From positions 6,636,001-6,700,000 of the forward strand of contig NC_087246.1 in assembly GCF_037042905.1 (NCBI RefSeq): DNA of 64,000 nt. Reading direction: 5' to 3'. This DNA comes from Lytechinus pictus. Its lineage: Eukaryota. Shown here piece after piece: positions 50,603 to 64,000 of this stretch; positions within the stretch are counted from its first letter, which is position 1; every line of letters begins with the position of its first letter. Below the pieces are notes generated by a model. That model was not told the origin of the DNA and searched no databases. It worked only from the letters and a program-made list of their open reading frames with translations. Position numbers and translations under genes: made by a program.

Positions 50603-53600
50603 CTGGTTGTTAATTAGGTACTACTTAATATGGAGTAAGGAGGAATGGGAGCATGATTACAAAGGAAGGTTTTTCAGCAAGAAATCTTTTTGTGATTGAT
50701 GTCAGCCAATGTTTAATTGATGTCACTTGATAATATGATGGAGGAGAATGGAGACACCATCTCTGTGAATGGACTTTCCTGAGGTCATGATGATGCCTGT
50801 CAGAATTCAAGTTTGAGCAGAGACAGAGAGGAATGTGTATTCTCTGATGGGGAGAAGTTCTTTGGATAAGGACCGTGTGGAGTGGAATCCTTCTCCAAGT
50901 AAGTAAAACAAACTTTATATTTTAAACTTACCATCCATCTCAAATCATCTAAAAACCATCAGTGATTATTTCTCTGAATTTTCATGAAAAGGATTTTGAG
51001 AAGTCATTGTAATTTCCTTTCATGTTTAGACTGAAGGAGTAACAGAGTTTATCACTGTCATGTGACTATTGTGAAAGAAAATCATTAGGATTAATATATT
51101 TGGCATAATCATAATAGTGTTTCATTTTGAGATGGATGGTAATACAGTATGATTGATATGTACTTTGTCTAAATATTACCAGTTGTATGATTCTATTATT
51201 TGAATGATTTCAATTATCTATTTATTGAAAGGATACCCACAAACCATTGTTCACATTATGTTTAATGATAGAAAAAGATTTTGTCTATGTGTATCCTTTA
51301 TCATTATTATGTTTACATTGCATTTCAATGAAATAGCAATATTCAAACAAGATGGAGTTTTTACTCTTCCCTCATCATGTAACTGATCTAGTATCAAATA
51401 AAACAACAACAACAACAAAGCACACAAAAACATCCTAAGTAGCTTTTGTGAAAAATGTCGGTCATTGATTTTTCTTTGTGATGTATGTTTCATAACAGTC
51501 TTGTGCTAATTAGCTAATTAGTTCTAATGAGAGCATTGTAAACATCTATAAATGAGCTCAAGCTATTAATCCCTTTGGCTTCATAGAACATACATCATTT
51601 GCATTCTTGGTCTAATTAGTAAACTAGCATCTTGAAAGGATGCTCTACATCATAAATTTCTTGAAGCTTTTTGCAAATAATTATATCACTATCTTAGACA
51701 TTGAATTCAGTTTCACCGATATACGGTGTGCATTACTCTTCTCCATACTCTTTGGAGGACATTCGGATTCATCTCAGTATAAAGATTTATTTATAATGTT
51801 GAATTATGTGATGTTTGATTCAACAATAGAAACATGCCAGCATAGTTCATCAATACGCTCTCTCAAATTCAAATAAGAATGGAATAGATGAGAAACAATT
51901 GTTGATGATTGATTTGATATTTTGAATTGAATCATTTACTCCCTATTATGTACATGTAGGTAGTGTTTAATTGCTAGGATGGGGAGTTAGTGAGAATTTA
52001 ATTTAAAATTCTGATTGAAATAATTGTGCGAATACTCATTCGGGACATGTATATCAGTAAGAAAATGTTGGTTCTGTACAAGAAATGTACTTTTAAATAA
52101 TTTTGTTTATATATTTTATATAATAACTATGATTATCCAACCTTCAAAGATCTTAGTTTCAGACAAGGTCATGCATGCTCAGAGTAAATTTGAACTTATA
52201 TTTTAATTTGCAACATTCAATTGAGAACTGAATCATTCAAGTGCTGCAAAGTGTTTTTGCATGAGATCAACTTCTAGCAAATTTTTAAATGATTGAAAAT
52301 TAATAAATAGGTTAAATGTTTTTTTTATGAAATAAAGTTGTGCAGTTTGTCATATGTGTTAATTTGCATAAATACTTTTACTTTGTGATAGATTAATGGC
52401 AGCATGATTAGAGCAAATGTCTGTGAGCAGTCAAGGGCAATTACACATGTATGAGATCAATTTCATGCTTCATTTTGATGTCTGCATTTTTATGCAAAGA
52501 AAAACTCAACAAATGGAGCACATGCTTATCATTGTTTCTATGTGATATAGCAATTAAAATTACACTTTAAATGATAATTAGAAATACCTTTGTGTTTTGG
52601 GGGGTACTAATAGAATAAATAGATAGATCATGTGCCGGGAAGTGAAATTCATTTCATTTTTAGTTTTTTTAGTTGATCTGTTCATAGTCTATAGACCATA
52701 ATAGACAAATCACTCATTTTGTGAAAGATATCGTATAATTTTTTAGATAGAGATATATATATTAATTAATCTGTTGCCTATATATGAACTGGCTCTTACC
52801 TCAGTGAAGCCTATGGAAATTATGCAATTTACTGACATTAATTAGTATTCATTTCAACATATCTTTCCAGTTATTTGCAAGTTTATCAGTTCTTGAATGA
52901 ACTTTAGACATGTAAAATATCTCAATAATTACAAAGAAAGGATTGTTTTGAAAACCTATCTAACACATTTTCATTCAATTTTTTTTTTGTTCTATGCCCA
53001 TTTTTCATCTTACTTGTACTTTGATAATTTTTCTTTTATTATTCTCTCATGATATTCACTTTGTGTCTTTAAGTGATGGTGCAGATCTGATTTGAAACCA
53101 CCAGTTCACCTCTAATACTTATGATTATTTATGTGATAAGTATCACATGATACTTAGACTACTGGTGATGAGATATCGTAGCTTCTAAGCTTGATTTTAA
53201 TTCAACCACAAAGTCCTCTACACATTCATGAATATGGCCAAGATATGATCAGTGTAATGATACCAAAATACTCATTTGAAATTTTCCCCAATATGCATCC
53301 CATTCTTGTATTAATGTCACTTGTCTAGTACTTAAACTGTAGTACAAATCATGAGTGGAAAACAGAATCTTTGTCAGAAGTAGGGTAGAAAGACCAGAAA
53401 GAATGGGGTGGTTTGAGCTGATTATGAAGTTATAAACATCTTAGAGAGAGGCTAAATTTAGGAGATGGTGTGTGGCACTGAATGAGAGGGAGTGCTCCAG
53501 TTTAATTCCTCCTATCACACCAACACAGGTATTTAACATGGAGAGTGGATGCTATACCCGTTCCCATGACAACAGCTAATGGCATCAACACTTGCTTGCA

Positions 53601-53799
53601 TTTCTTTCCCATACTCTCTGCCTCTCTTCTTGCACCTTATATCTTCTTTATGCATCCCTTGCTTTAATTCTCTTTCTCTCATATCCTCCTAACTAATTTT
53701 CTCTTTTAATCTCTCTCTATCTCCCTCCCTCTCTCTCTCTCTCTTTGCATCTATTCTTTTCCTTGTCGTTTGTGGTTTCTGTCATTCATATTTTTATCT

Positions 53800-53829
53800 C
53801 ATCCTCCTCTTCTTCTTCTTCTTCTTCTC

Positions 53830-53871
<42 letters not shown>

Positions 53872-53920
53872 TCCTTCCTTCCTCCTGCTTTTCTTCTACT
53901 TCTTCTTTTTTTCTTCTTCT
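53800..53920. repeat. (CTT/CCT)n microsatellite
   Basis: Seen directly in the sequence. Confidence 0.9.
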
Positions 53921-54479
53921 CAATTGAAGATGTAATTACAGTATCGTGAGGGACAGGCAAAGTGTAAGCAGATTGATTAACTAGATCTCATTGTTCTTGT
54001 CACAATTTACAAAATTTTATAATATAGTCAAAGTTATCAGTATCGTAATATATTACGGATCTTAGTTGGTAACCTACATGAAAGAAGTTACTGTGATATT
54101 AGCCATTATTTTGACACACAAATTTTGTGATATTATATCATGATATTCCTAGGTTGTTTTAATTTCTTAGATTTGAAATAAATCCAGATTAACTGTCAAT
54201 AATTACCAGTCAAACTTAAAACTTGATTCTAAAAAAAAATCAGAAATAATTTAAATTAAAATATTAAAGCATGTGTCATGTTCTTGTATTGGTGTCCCTT
54301 ATTGATGCCGGTAGAACAAAATGTGCAAAGTACTGTAAGCTTGCCGATTACATCTATACCCAATGTGCATCAGGTTCTTGGAGAAACTTCACTGCTTCTC
54401 AGTGAAGACCTCAGTGTTTGGTGGGATTATGCAACTTATAAAACAAAAAAGGCAGGGCAGTCCACCCTGAAGTGTTTAA

Positions 54480-55063
54480 AGGAGAATGAATCTCTTGGAG
54501 CAAGTTAGCTTTTGTGAAAGCAGAAAAATCAAAGAATAAGATCAACAAAAGTTTGAGTAAAATAGGACTAGCAATAGAAGAGTTATGAGCATTTGAATGT
54601 CGAGATCACTAATGCTATGGAGATCCTCCCATTGGCAATGCGACCAAGATCTATGATGTCACAGATGAACAACTCTCCCCTTTTGGACACTGAAAATATA
54701 CCCCAAAACATCTCTTTTTGCTCATTCTAATCATATGACAAACAATTCATCAATGATATAATGTTGTGAAACCTCTGTACTTGTCCTCTCATAAAGAGAA
54801 CACCCCACCTTGTGATAGACTCTATAAAAGTGAGAATATAAGTGAAATAAGTACTAAAGTAATGAGGGAGTTGTACGTGTGTGACATCACAGATCTTGGT
54901 CGCATTGCCAATAGGAGGATCTACATGGCATTAGTGATCTCAATATTCAAATGCTCATAACTTTCTTATTATTCATTCAATCTTCCTCAAACTTTCAACA
55001 ATATGTTTCTTTGATTTTTCTCTTTGATATGGATTCAGCTGGTTTCAAGGGTTTCATTCTCCT
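54480..55063. mobile_element. Kolobok-like MITE, well preserved
   Basis: TTAA|AGGAGAATGAA...TTCATTCTCCT|TTAA; internal inverted repeat around 54580-54665 and 54880-54965. Confidence 0.85.
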
Positions 55064-56963
55064 TTAACCAGTCATCAGAATTTGGAAAAGGGTTCCTGTA
55101 AAATAGCTGTTTGGTTCATTGCAAACTCTGAAATGAAAACAGAAATAGAACTCTCAAGAAATATGTCCTCACTTCCATAAGTGTGAATTTTCACTTTCGC
55201 ACTACGAATCGCTAACAGAATCACCAAACTGCCTTTATATCTACCTTCCTTCTCTTTCATCTTCCATCATCCACTTCACTGGGTCATTCATTGATTTGCC
55301 CATCATGAGTGCTTATTGCTTGTTCGTTCCTGTGCTCAAGACAAGAAACAAGCAGCAGAGCTCTCAGATTTGCTTTATTTAGTTGTCCCTTAAAGCAGTG
55401 GAATACAGCGTTGTATTTAATTGCCCGACAACCAATACCCAGTGGCATCACTATGTGCCTCTATGTTTGTTGTTTTCCCTCTCCCCAAATCTCTATCTCT
55501 CTCTCTTTTACTCAATCTCTGTTCCCTTTAACACCCCCCCCCCTTCTCTCTCCCACTCTCTCTTCAACCCAACCCTACTCTCTAACTTTCTCCCTCTCTC
55601 TCATTTTTTAAGTATACAAATCAGAAATATGTTCTTCTTCTTGAAATAGATAGCAAACTAATATTTTGAAATAAAAACCACATTTAGAAAGAAAAATATA
55701 TCAATATTTCATTTTCAGTCAAAGATCTTAATCAAATAAATAAGACTGGATAAAATACACTTTTCAGGTGGTTTAGAAGATCCTTCATTACCATGGTGAT
55801 ATGAAAACAATAATTAAAATGAGAAATGAAGATGAAGGAGTGAAAGAAATATGCGGACCTTACAGGAGAAAGAAAAGATAGACACTAAAATAGAACATAA
55901 AGAAAAGTCGTTGTAAAGGAAAAAGAAATAAAGAAGTGCTATATGGGGGATTAGCATTGCATCACAAATGGAGGCAACATATAGGTACATAATGGTAAAA
56001 AGAGAAGGGGGAAAAGAGTAAAGCAGACAACTACATACTGACACTCTATTCTGTCTTCTATTTTGTTCTCTGATTCTTTCTTCCCTATTTCTTTCTCTCT
56101 CTCTCCTCCCACCCATCTAACCCATCTCTTTATTTTCCCTAGTACTAAGCTTGATACTGTTCACCGAGTGCTGCATCGCATGTAAATCCAGCGGCGATCA
56201 CAATTAGCGCAGTTAGCAAGCATCTATTCTCAGCTCACGGGAGCCCACATGCTAGTCATGCTTGTAGCATGCAGGGATGATAGTCGTTCTCCTCTGCTTC
56301 TGCCTCTTACCATTAACAGAATTATTAACCTTCTATACTCTTATTTAATGCCTGAGTACTATTGCATCCCAGCCACGGCATAAATACAGCAATGGCAACT
56401 ATTCCGTCCACAAGAGGAGCTCTGTATAGGGCAGTAAAGCAGTAAATTGGATCATGGCTTCCAATATAAGACTAGTGTTGACAAACTTAATGAATATGAT
56501 GCCTCATTGTTTTATGCATGGAGATCGTGACAGAATGAGATGTAAGTTGATTAGGTGTAAATTTTTATCACTGTGTAAGTAATTACTAATGGCTTCTGTG
56601 TTTGAAAGGATTTTCTGCGTAGGTGATGTGTAAACTACATAGGAATACACCTGTTGCTATGGATAACAGCCAGTCTGCAAGCACTTGCATTGGTTTCATG
56701 TTTTTGAGAAGTGTGGGTAAAATCTTAAAAACAAATATGATATCATATGGATTCTCTTGATATTGCATTTTTTTCACTAAACAATTTATATAATTTCTAT
56801 GATGTACATGACAAGGGGAATAGCATTTGTTTATTTCACCATATTCTATCTGATATTAAACTTCCAATCTATCATGCATACACAGTACAGCATACAATAC
56901 TTACATCATAAGTATTTCAGACATGTCTTGACTGATTTGTGAAGAGGGACTTTATGTGTTCTG

Positions 56964-57092
56964 GGGCCCGTTGCAGAAAGAGTTGCAATCAATCGCAACT
57001 CCAAAAATCATGCGCAACTTGATTTTCAACCAATCAACAGCGCGCATTTTTGACTTGCGATTGATTTTTTTACTTCTTTCTGCAACGGGCCC
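56964..57092. mobile_element. PIF/Harbinger-like MITE
   Basis: CTG|GGGCCCGTTGCAGAAAGA...TCTTTCTGCAACGGGCCC|CTG. Confidence 0.82.
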
Positions 57093-57279
57093 CTGATCCA
57101 CAAGAATTGCTGAAATGTATTATTCATGTGAAATGAGCTTTTGTTTGTGATGAAAGCCACACTGAAGGATCCATAAATGAGATTAATAATTAACCACCCA
57201 CATCATCAATAGAAGTCATCAACAGATGAATGATAGGGCCTTGAACTACTGTTTCCTCAAATTACTTGCTTTCATCATT

Positions 57280-57665
57280 TATTTACGATTGTTTGCAGCT
57301 ATAGAGTGATTAGCTCAAAATAAGGTATCTGTACTATATCAAGAGTGCAAATGAAAAAAAAGTACTTACCATGAAAAAAAGGTGAACTGATTGTATATAC
57401 TTAACATTTATTTAGATTGTTTCCAGCTATAGAGTGATTAGCTCATTGATCAAAATAAGGTATCTGTACTATATCAAGAGTGCAAATGAAAAATAGGTAC
57501 TTACCATGAAAAAAAGATGAACTGATTGTATATACTTATCATTTATTTGGATTGTTTCCAGCCATAGAGTGATTAGTTCAATGATCAAAATAAGGTATCT
57601 GTACTATATCAAGAGTGCAAATGAAAAATAACTACTGACCATTAAAAAAGATGAACTGATTGCAA
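57280..57665. repeat. Three-unit ~130-135-bp tandem repeat
   Basis: ATAGAGTGATTAG...CAAAATAAGGTATCTGTACTATATCAAGAGTGCAAATGAAAAA occurs three times. Confidence 0.9.
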
Positions 57666-58574
57666 ATACCAATCGACTACATTTTTGCAGTGCCTGGTTT
57701 ACTTGTTTATATATACACATCTTTAATTCATGTATAAGCTACATCTACATTTTCATGGTTAGTCAACTTTCATGTTGAATGTATTTTCAAATCCAAATAA
57801 TGAAAGAATTCAGCTGCCATTTTGAAGGATTTCTTAGCCATTGAGCTGTTAGTGTATCTTTTTAAAGGGTTTATGCTGAATGTGCTGATGCCTGTGTCAA
57901 GTAGTGTGTAAACATTTACTAATTAAATGAAAACACTTTTTTGATGAAATATTGTTAAAGTCACCCTTTTTAAAGTGTGAATTAACTAAATTTAAAATCT
58001 AATCATTGTGCTGGTTTTAAGCAAAATAAGGTTGTACTTTGGTTAACTTTTTTCTGTTTTCATTCACATTGAAATAAAAGTAAACATGAATATTCTTGAC
58101 GTAGTTGTATTACATACAGTATTTTCATATCTAATGGAGAAAGCATACATATACATACATTGCAGTAATGGAGTCCACACTCACGTAAATAAAACTCATG
58201 TTTATGAGATGATCTTATACAATTTATTATTTGTAATTTATATTTTTGGAATTTCTAATTTATGATTTGTAATTTATATTCATGGATAATTGTGGATAAA
58301 ATTTGCAAGGACTTGTTAATTAATTCCTTTGTTATGGTTCATTTATCTAATCAGTAAAAAAGCATGAATAATTTGATATGAGAAACAGGATAACTGACAT
58401 CTTTAGTGTTAAATCTCTCATTGAAATTACAATGAACAGAATGTGTAAGGGGCATTCTTTTCCATTAGAACATAGCATAGTCATAATGTTATGAAAAAAA
58501 TGAAAATCCATGTTTTATTGTTCGAAATTGACATGAAATGACAAGTACTACGAAAATTTGCTTTGCCCAATTGT

Positions 58575-58760
58575 TCATGGGCCTGGCAGCCGCTGTGCAG
58601 TGCCAGATCGACGAGGCTCTATCCCTTTAATATTTGAACGCCAAACAGGGTAGCAGCAACTTCCATCTTTTAACTACTTTTGTTCTGATGCAGCCAGGGT
58701 TTGAATTCCTGGCCTCCCGGTTGTGAGACGGACGCTCTACCAACTGAGCCAACACACTGG
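58575..58760 (-). mobile_element. tRNA-derived SINE (copy 1)
   Basis: Minus strand TGGCTCAGTTGGTAGAGCG (A box) ... GAATTCAAACC (B-box-like), followed by a SINE body. Confidence 0.75.
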
Positions 58761-59172
58761 TTCATAAAAGAAAATTGTCATATTTTCATATTCAGCTTTT
58801 ATTTTGTTGAACAGTTCTAATTCCGAAGTATTTGATGATGATAATCCTACTTTATTCTAACTCTTGTGAATTATGTATTCAGAAAAAAAATGAATTTAAA
58901 TTTTTCACTTTGAAAGAATCCTTTATATTGTAATATTGGAATTGATGCCCTGTTAAACACACCTGCAACCATCTTCCATTAAACAGGATAACTGACATCT
59001 TTAGTGTTAAATCTCTCATTGAAATTACAATGAACAGAATGTGTAAGGGGCATTCTTTTCCATTAGAACATAGCATAGTCATAATGTTATGAAAAAAATG
59101 AAAATCCATGTTTTATTGTTCGAAATTGACATGAAATGACAAGTACTACGAAAATTTGCTTTGCCCAATTGT

Positions 59173-59358
59173 TCATGGGCCTGGCAGCCGCTGTGCAGTG
59201 CCAGATCGACGAGGCTCTATCCCTTTAATATTTGAACGCCAAACAGGGTAGCAGCAACTTCCATCTTTTAACTTCTTTTGTTCTGACGCAGCCGGGGTTT
59301 GAATTCCTGGCCTCCCGGTTGTGAGACGGACGCTCTACCAACTGAGCCAACACACTGG
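59173..59358 (-). mobile_element. tRNA-derived SINE (copy 2, from the tandem duplication)
   Basis: Same sequence as 58575-58760, offset by 598 bp. Confidence 0.75.
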
Positions 59359-60293
59359 TTCATAAAAGAAAATTGTCATATTTTCATATTCAGCTTTTAT
59401 TTTGTTGAACAGTTCTAATTCCGAAGTATTTGATGATGATAATCCTACTTTATTCTAACTCTTGTGAATTATGTATTCAGAAAAATAATGAATTTAAATT
59501 TTTCACTTTGAAAGAATCCTTTATATTGTAATATTGGAATTGATGCCCTGTTAAACACACCTGCAACCATCTTCCATTAAAGTATTTTTTTTCCTTTATT
59601 ATCCCAAAGGACCATTTAAGATGATTGTCTTATAAAGGAGATGATAACAGATTGCATTTCACTCAAACTTTGTATAATACATGATTCTATTATTCGGCTT
59701 TCACATCAACTGCAGATTGCCTAGGGAAATTTGTTAACATTTCCATATGGCCTTAGATATGTTGTCATTTCCTTGCAGAATTAAAACTGGTGGGTTTTCA
59801 TTGAATTTTTTTTATTATTATTTTGTTAAGGAAATTAATAAGATAATGTGTATAATCAGGCTTCCCTAGCTATTTATATTTTGGTTTTATTCATATTTAT
59901 TTAATTGGATGTGGAGTAATCTCAACCAAAATCATTCTGATGATGTTAAGATAACTTTTCTGATTATCAATTTCTTTCCCTTTCTCTCACTGTATTTAAG
60001 GTGACAAACTATTTAGGCTGGTTCTTTTTACAAAGGAAATTTCTTACATCCATTGTTGATCAGACTAGTATAGTGAAATTCATCATGTTTGACACAGGTT
60101 TAGTCTATCATTTGGCAGTTTACAAAATGATTTGTAAATACATAAAGGTTGATATATATCAGAGGCTGTTACATCTTAACTATCCACTCACTCCCACACA
60201 AACCATAATTAGTTTTTTTTTCATAGTTGAAAAAAGTTGACACTAATGCCTTCAACCCAGTGCCTAAAATTTTACTTCTTGTACTGTGCTGAT

Positions 60294-60812
60294 AGGAGTA
60301 GAATGAAACTCCTGAAACAAATTGAATTCATATAAAAGAGGAAACTGATCAATTAAAGTTTGAGATTAATTGAAATTATAAAAAGTAATGAGCATTTACA
60401 TATTGAGATCACTAATAATATGTAAATCATTCCATTGTCAATGCGGCAAAGATCTGTGAAGTCACATAGTACAAACTCTCCATTACTTTAGTATAGATTT
60501 CCCCTTTTTTATCTTGTCTATGGTAAAATAAGTTCACTTTTTATAAGAGGACATGTACAACATTATATCATGGATTATTGTTTGTCAAATCATTAGAATG
60601 AGCAAAAGGGATATGTTTTGGGGTATATCTCCATTGAACAAGTAGGAGAGTTGTACTTCCATGACATCACAGATCTTGTTCACATTGCCAATGGGAAGAT
60701 TTCCTCAGCAGTAGTGATTTTAACATTTAAATGCTCATAACGTTCTTATTGCTTGTCTAATTTTACTCAAACTTAGATTGATCCTATTTGCTCCAATGGT
60801 TTCATTCTTCTT
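60294..60812. mobile_element. Decayed inverted copy of the Kolobok-like element at 54480-55063
   Basis: GAATGAAA...TTTCATTCTTCT|TTAA ends; shared GACATCACAGATCTTG and AATGCTCATAAC. Confidence 0.7.
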
Positions 60813-62909
60813 TAAGATTTCAACAATCAAATTTGTATCCTTGTTCAACAGGCGGTGTGTAAAGCAACCGAAACACTATTAGCTATGATAAGTTTGGATA
60901 TATAACTTGCAGGGATTAGCTTTCTTCATCCCATAAATCATGCAGCTGTTTTATGTCATGTGTACATGATTCGCTAAAGGTTTCTCTTGATAATTATGAT
61001 CATGGATGGTGATTCCCGAGGAAATAAGTGCACCTTCTAGAAAATTCTTGATATTCTACAGTAATAAGTGGCAAAGGGTCATCCACCCCCCCCCCCACCA
61101 TGACCAAAAAAATCTCCACCCACATGGTTATGATAACTTGAAAATTAACATGCTTTAAGAATTAGCGCCTATTGTTTCTAGTTATATCAACAAACTTCTA
61201 ACACTCAAGTCCTTTTTTATTAAATTATATATGCTCACAAAGTTAATACATGTGTTTAACAATTCATAACTTTTCAGAAAATAACCATCATTCGAGTACT
61301 TAATTGCCAGTTAAGTGTAATTCACTTGGAAGTAACTTTTCAAAAATTCCTTTATTTCTTGCATGAGTTCTCAGCTCAAAAAATCGTATTGTTCACAAAC
61401 CTTTGTCATAACCAATAATGCTTCCTCGCCAGCCAACATTAATGTTCAACCTGAAAAGGTTTTAATGGAAATGAAAGGATTTTAACTCACAAATGAAATA
61501 TCTGATAATAGTTTAGATCCATAAATCATGAATCCTTCAAGACGTTAAAAAAACCTTGTTAGGTTAATATCATGATGAAATGTGTTCCTTCATTTGTCAT
61601 TCTCAAAGAGAAAAAGATACCGGTAGAGAGTTTGCGTGATGCAAGCATTCATAGTATGTATAGAAATCATAATTTTGCTTCGCATACTCTGAGTCAGTTA
61701 CCATGGCAACCAAGAAGCTATGGCAGTATTTTTTTCCATTATGAATTCATAGAATATGTATTCTGTTGGAGTAATAATGATTGTGAATTCCACCATGAAT
61801 TATTTCTGCCACTTCTGCTGCTCTGAGCAATGGCCTATTGTTATTTTCTTGACATTATTTGAAGTGCTCATATTACAGAGTTTGTTTGGTTTGTCCAAAA
61901 ATAATCCAGAAATCAATTCTGTCAGTAAATACTGAATTATACTTCCAAAGTCAGAAGGGAAACTAAGTAATAATTTAAAGATTGAAAGAAATTACTTAAA
62001 ATCAATTTGCAGTTTGCTTTCAAAGATATGATTGCTTTCTTTTATTTATTTATAATTTTTCTAAATATTTCATGCATAATACAATAAAACCATGCAATAT
62101 AAATGTCTTTGGTAAGGGTCATAAAAGCACACAAATGTCATGTTGGAAATTATCCTTCATATATGCCACTTATTCAATTAACAAGCCTTAGACATTTTAC
62201 AGATATGATTATGCTCATTTTAATAGCATGTATGAGTTATGGTCATTAGATTTAACAGTATTTGTTTTTCCTTTTTTTTTCACTTTTCCAGATATTTTAG
62301 GGATAAGCATCATGGTATATGGTAATATTTCTTTGTTACACACTTATATCATTTCTGAAACCTGTGTTGCTAAGAACACCATCAGTTGGTGTTATGTGAT
62401 GGCTACACACTCAGGTTTTGATAATACTGTACACCTTTGAGTTTGAGCATAGCACCAAACAGTAATTAAATAATGGACATAATTTTTTAAAGTGTGTATA
62501 TAATCAACAACCAACACCCTGAATTGAATACTTGTTTAAAGTGCTGTGTATGGTCCTCTCTAAACATTTTGCTGGTGTATTTTTAACACTAGTGTGCTTG
62601 CAGTGTATTCATATAAACCTCAGTCTGAACACTGCAATATTGCAGCCATGTTGTAACATTCAGAGGCATATACATTGTATTCATGAGTTGTTGTTTTTTG
62701 TAATACTTCCTAAAATGCAAGTTCAGTCATTTGAGCGTTTTGCAGTACGGGTTGATATGTTGACTAGTGAACTTTGCAGAGTGCAGACATACCAGTCTTC
62801 AAACGATTGTCTGATCCCAGGCAACTTCTCATTTTAGGTTTTTTTCAGACTTTATATTGTACAGCACATAATGGGCTTTTTCATGTTTTGGCTTCTTTTC
62901 AGACCTGAT

Positions 62910-63160
62910 GGCCCAAATTCACAAAGGTGGTTTTTAAAACCATTGGTTGAACCAATGGTTTATGCAGATTTCCTGTATAAATTACGCTTATTTACTGCGT
63001 ATATTAAAAAAATGTCCAATGCGGATGGGCGCTTTTGTCACAGTGCGCCAAATTGACGCCTGTTGCGGTGGTTATCTACATTTTTTTCATTCATGAGTCC
63101 ACTCTTTAAACAGTGTACTCATGAATAAAATAGCGTACTTAACCATGGCAACACTGATAA
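62910..63160. mobile_element. Partial Harbinger-like MITE
   Basis: GGCCCAAATTCACAAAGGTGG start; homologous to 63500-63883. Confidence 0.65.
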
Positions 63161-63499
63161 AAATATGAGTTCAAGTTATTTTGTTTTCCAACAGTCATCA
63201 AATTAGCAGGCATGCTATAATGACCTTCAACGCTATTAATACTTATTCATTACACATACAATATCGGCTGGTATTTTATAGACCTTGATGATCAAACTGT
63301 CATAGAGGTCATTCTCATCTAAAGACAACACCTCTGAAAAATAATCAGTTAGCATGATGAATTCAACTATTTTTTTTCCACAAATTTTATCAAAATAGAA
63401 GCCAAACTAATGACCTTCAAAGCTGATAATGTTAATTGAAAATGTGATAATGGCTGGTATATTAACAAATTAGACCTACTCAATGATCAAAATGTCATA

Positions 63500-63883
63500 G
63501 GCCTGAATTCACAAAGGTGGTTCTTAAAACCATCGGTTGAACCCTTTGTTTATGCAGATTTCCTATATGAATTACGCTTATTTACCGGGTATATTAAAAA
63601 GTGTCCAATGCTGATGCGCGCTTTTGTCACAGTGCGCCAAATTGACACCTGTTGCCATGGTTAGGTACGCTGTTTATTCATGAGTCCATTGTTTGAAGAG
63701 TGGACTAATTCAAAACAGTGGGTTCATGAATAAAATAGCGTACTTAACTGTGACAACAGGCGTCAATTTGGCGCAATGTGACAAAAGCCCACATCAGCAT
63801 TGGACATTTATTAATATACGCGGTAAATAAGCATACTCTATACAAGAAATCTGCATATACCGTGGGTTCAACCAATTTGGGCC
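63500..63883. mobile_element. Palindromic Harbinger-like MITE
   Basis: GGCCTGAATTCACAAAGG start; long internal inverted arms (TATGCAGATTTC...GAAATCTGCATA). Confidence 0.7.
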
Positions 63884-64000
63884 AAAGTGGTCCGTTCATG
63901 TTTGTGCAATATCCTCTAAAAGCAACATGTTGGTAAACCCTCTACATTGAAACCAATTGTCTGAAACATGTTAAGTGGCCATGCACATTGTATCACAGCA

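Larger units (their letters stand above)
58383..59578. repeat. 598-bp tandem duplication, near identical
   Basis: 58383-58980 is repeated at 58981-59578 with about 4 substitutions. Confidence 0.95.

Noticed and set aside
60001..62320. Isolated acceptor-like sites (before 60001, 60852 and 62292) as the next exon of the plus-strand gene
   Set aside because: In the required phase they reach stops quickly or have only weak donors; none can be chosen from sequence alone.

Overview
AT-rich, repeat-dense animal genomic DNA with GT-AG introns. The repeat style suggests an echinoderm such as a sea urchin (inference only). Two spliced genes lie head-to-head. (1) Minus strand: a complete 8-coding-exon, 254-aa thiopurine S-methyltransferase (TPMT)-like gene (CDS 12481->7760), missed by the ORF track. 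Its intron positions and phases match human TPMT, but its substrate-site motifs are altered. (2) Plus strand: a gene with at least 9 coding exons (37302-47960, >=842 aa, apparently continuing beyond) encoding a low-complexity, probably disordered protein with an internally repeated acidic motif. The most striking structure is a 4,490-bp almost fully palindromic foldback element (13393-17882) with TAT..ATA termini and a 6-bp TTTGTA target-site duplication. It is built of palindromic 31-bp arrays and a tandemly amplified captured MITE, and it sits in the probable first intron of the TPMT-like gene. The rest holds a decayed L2/CR1-group LINE, many MITEs (hAT-, Harbinger-, Tc1- and Kolobok-like), tRNA-derived SINEs, tandem duplications and microsatellites.
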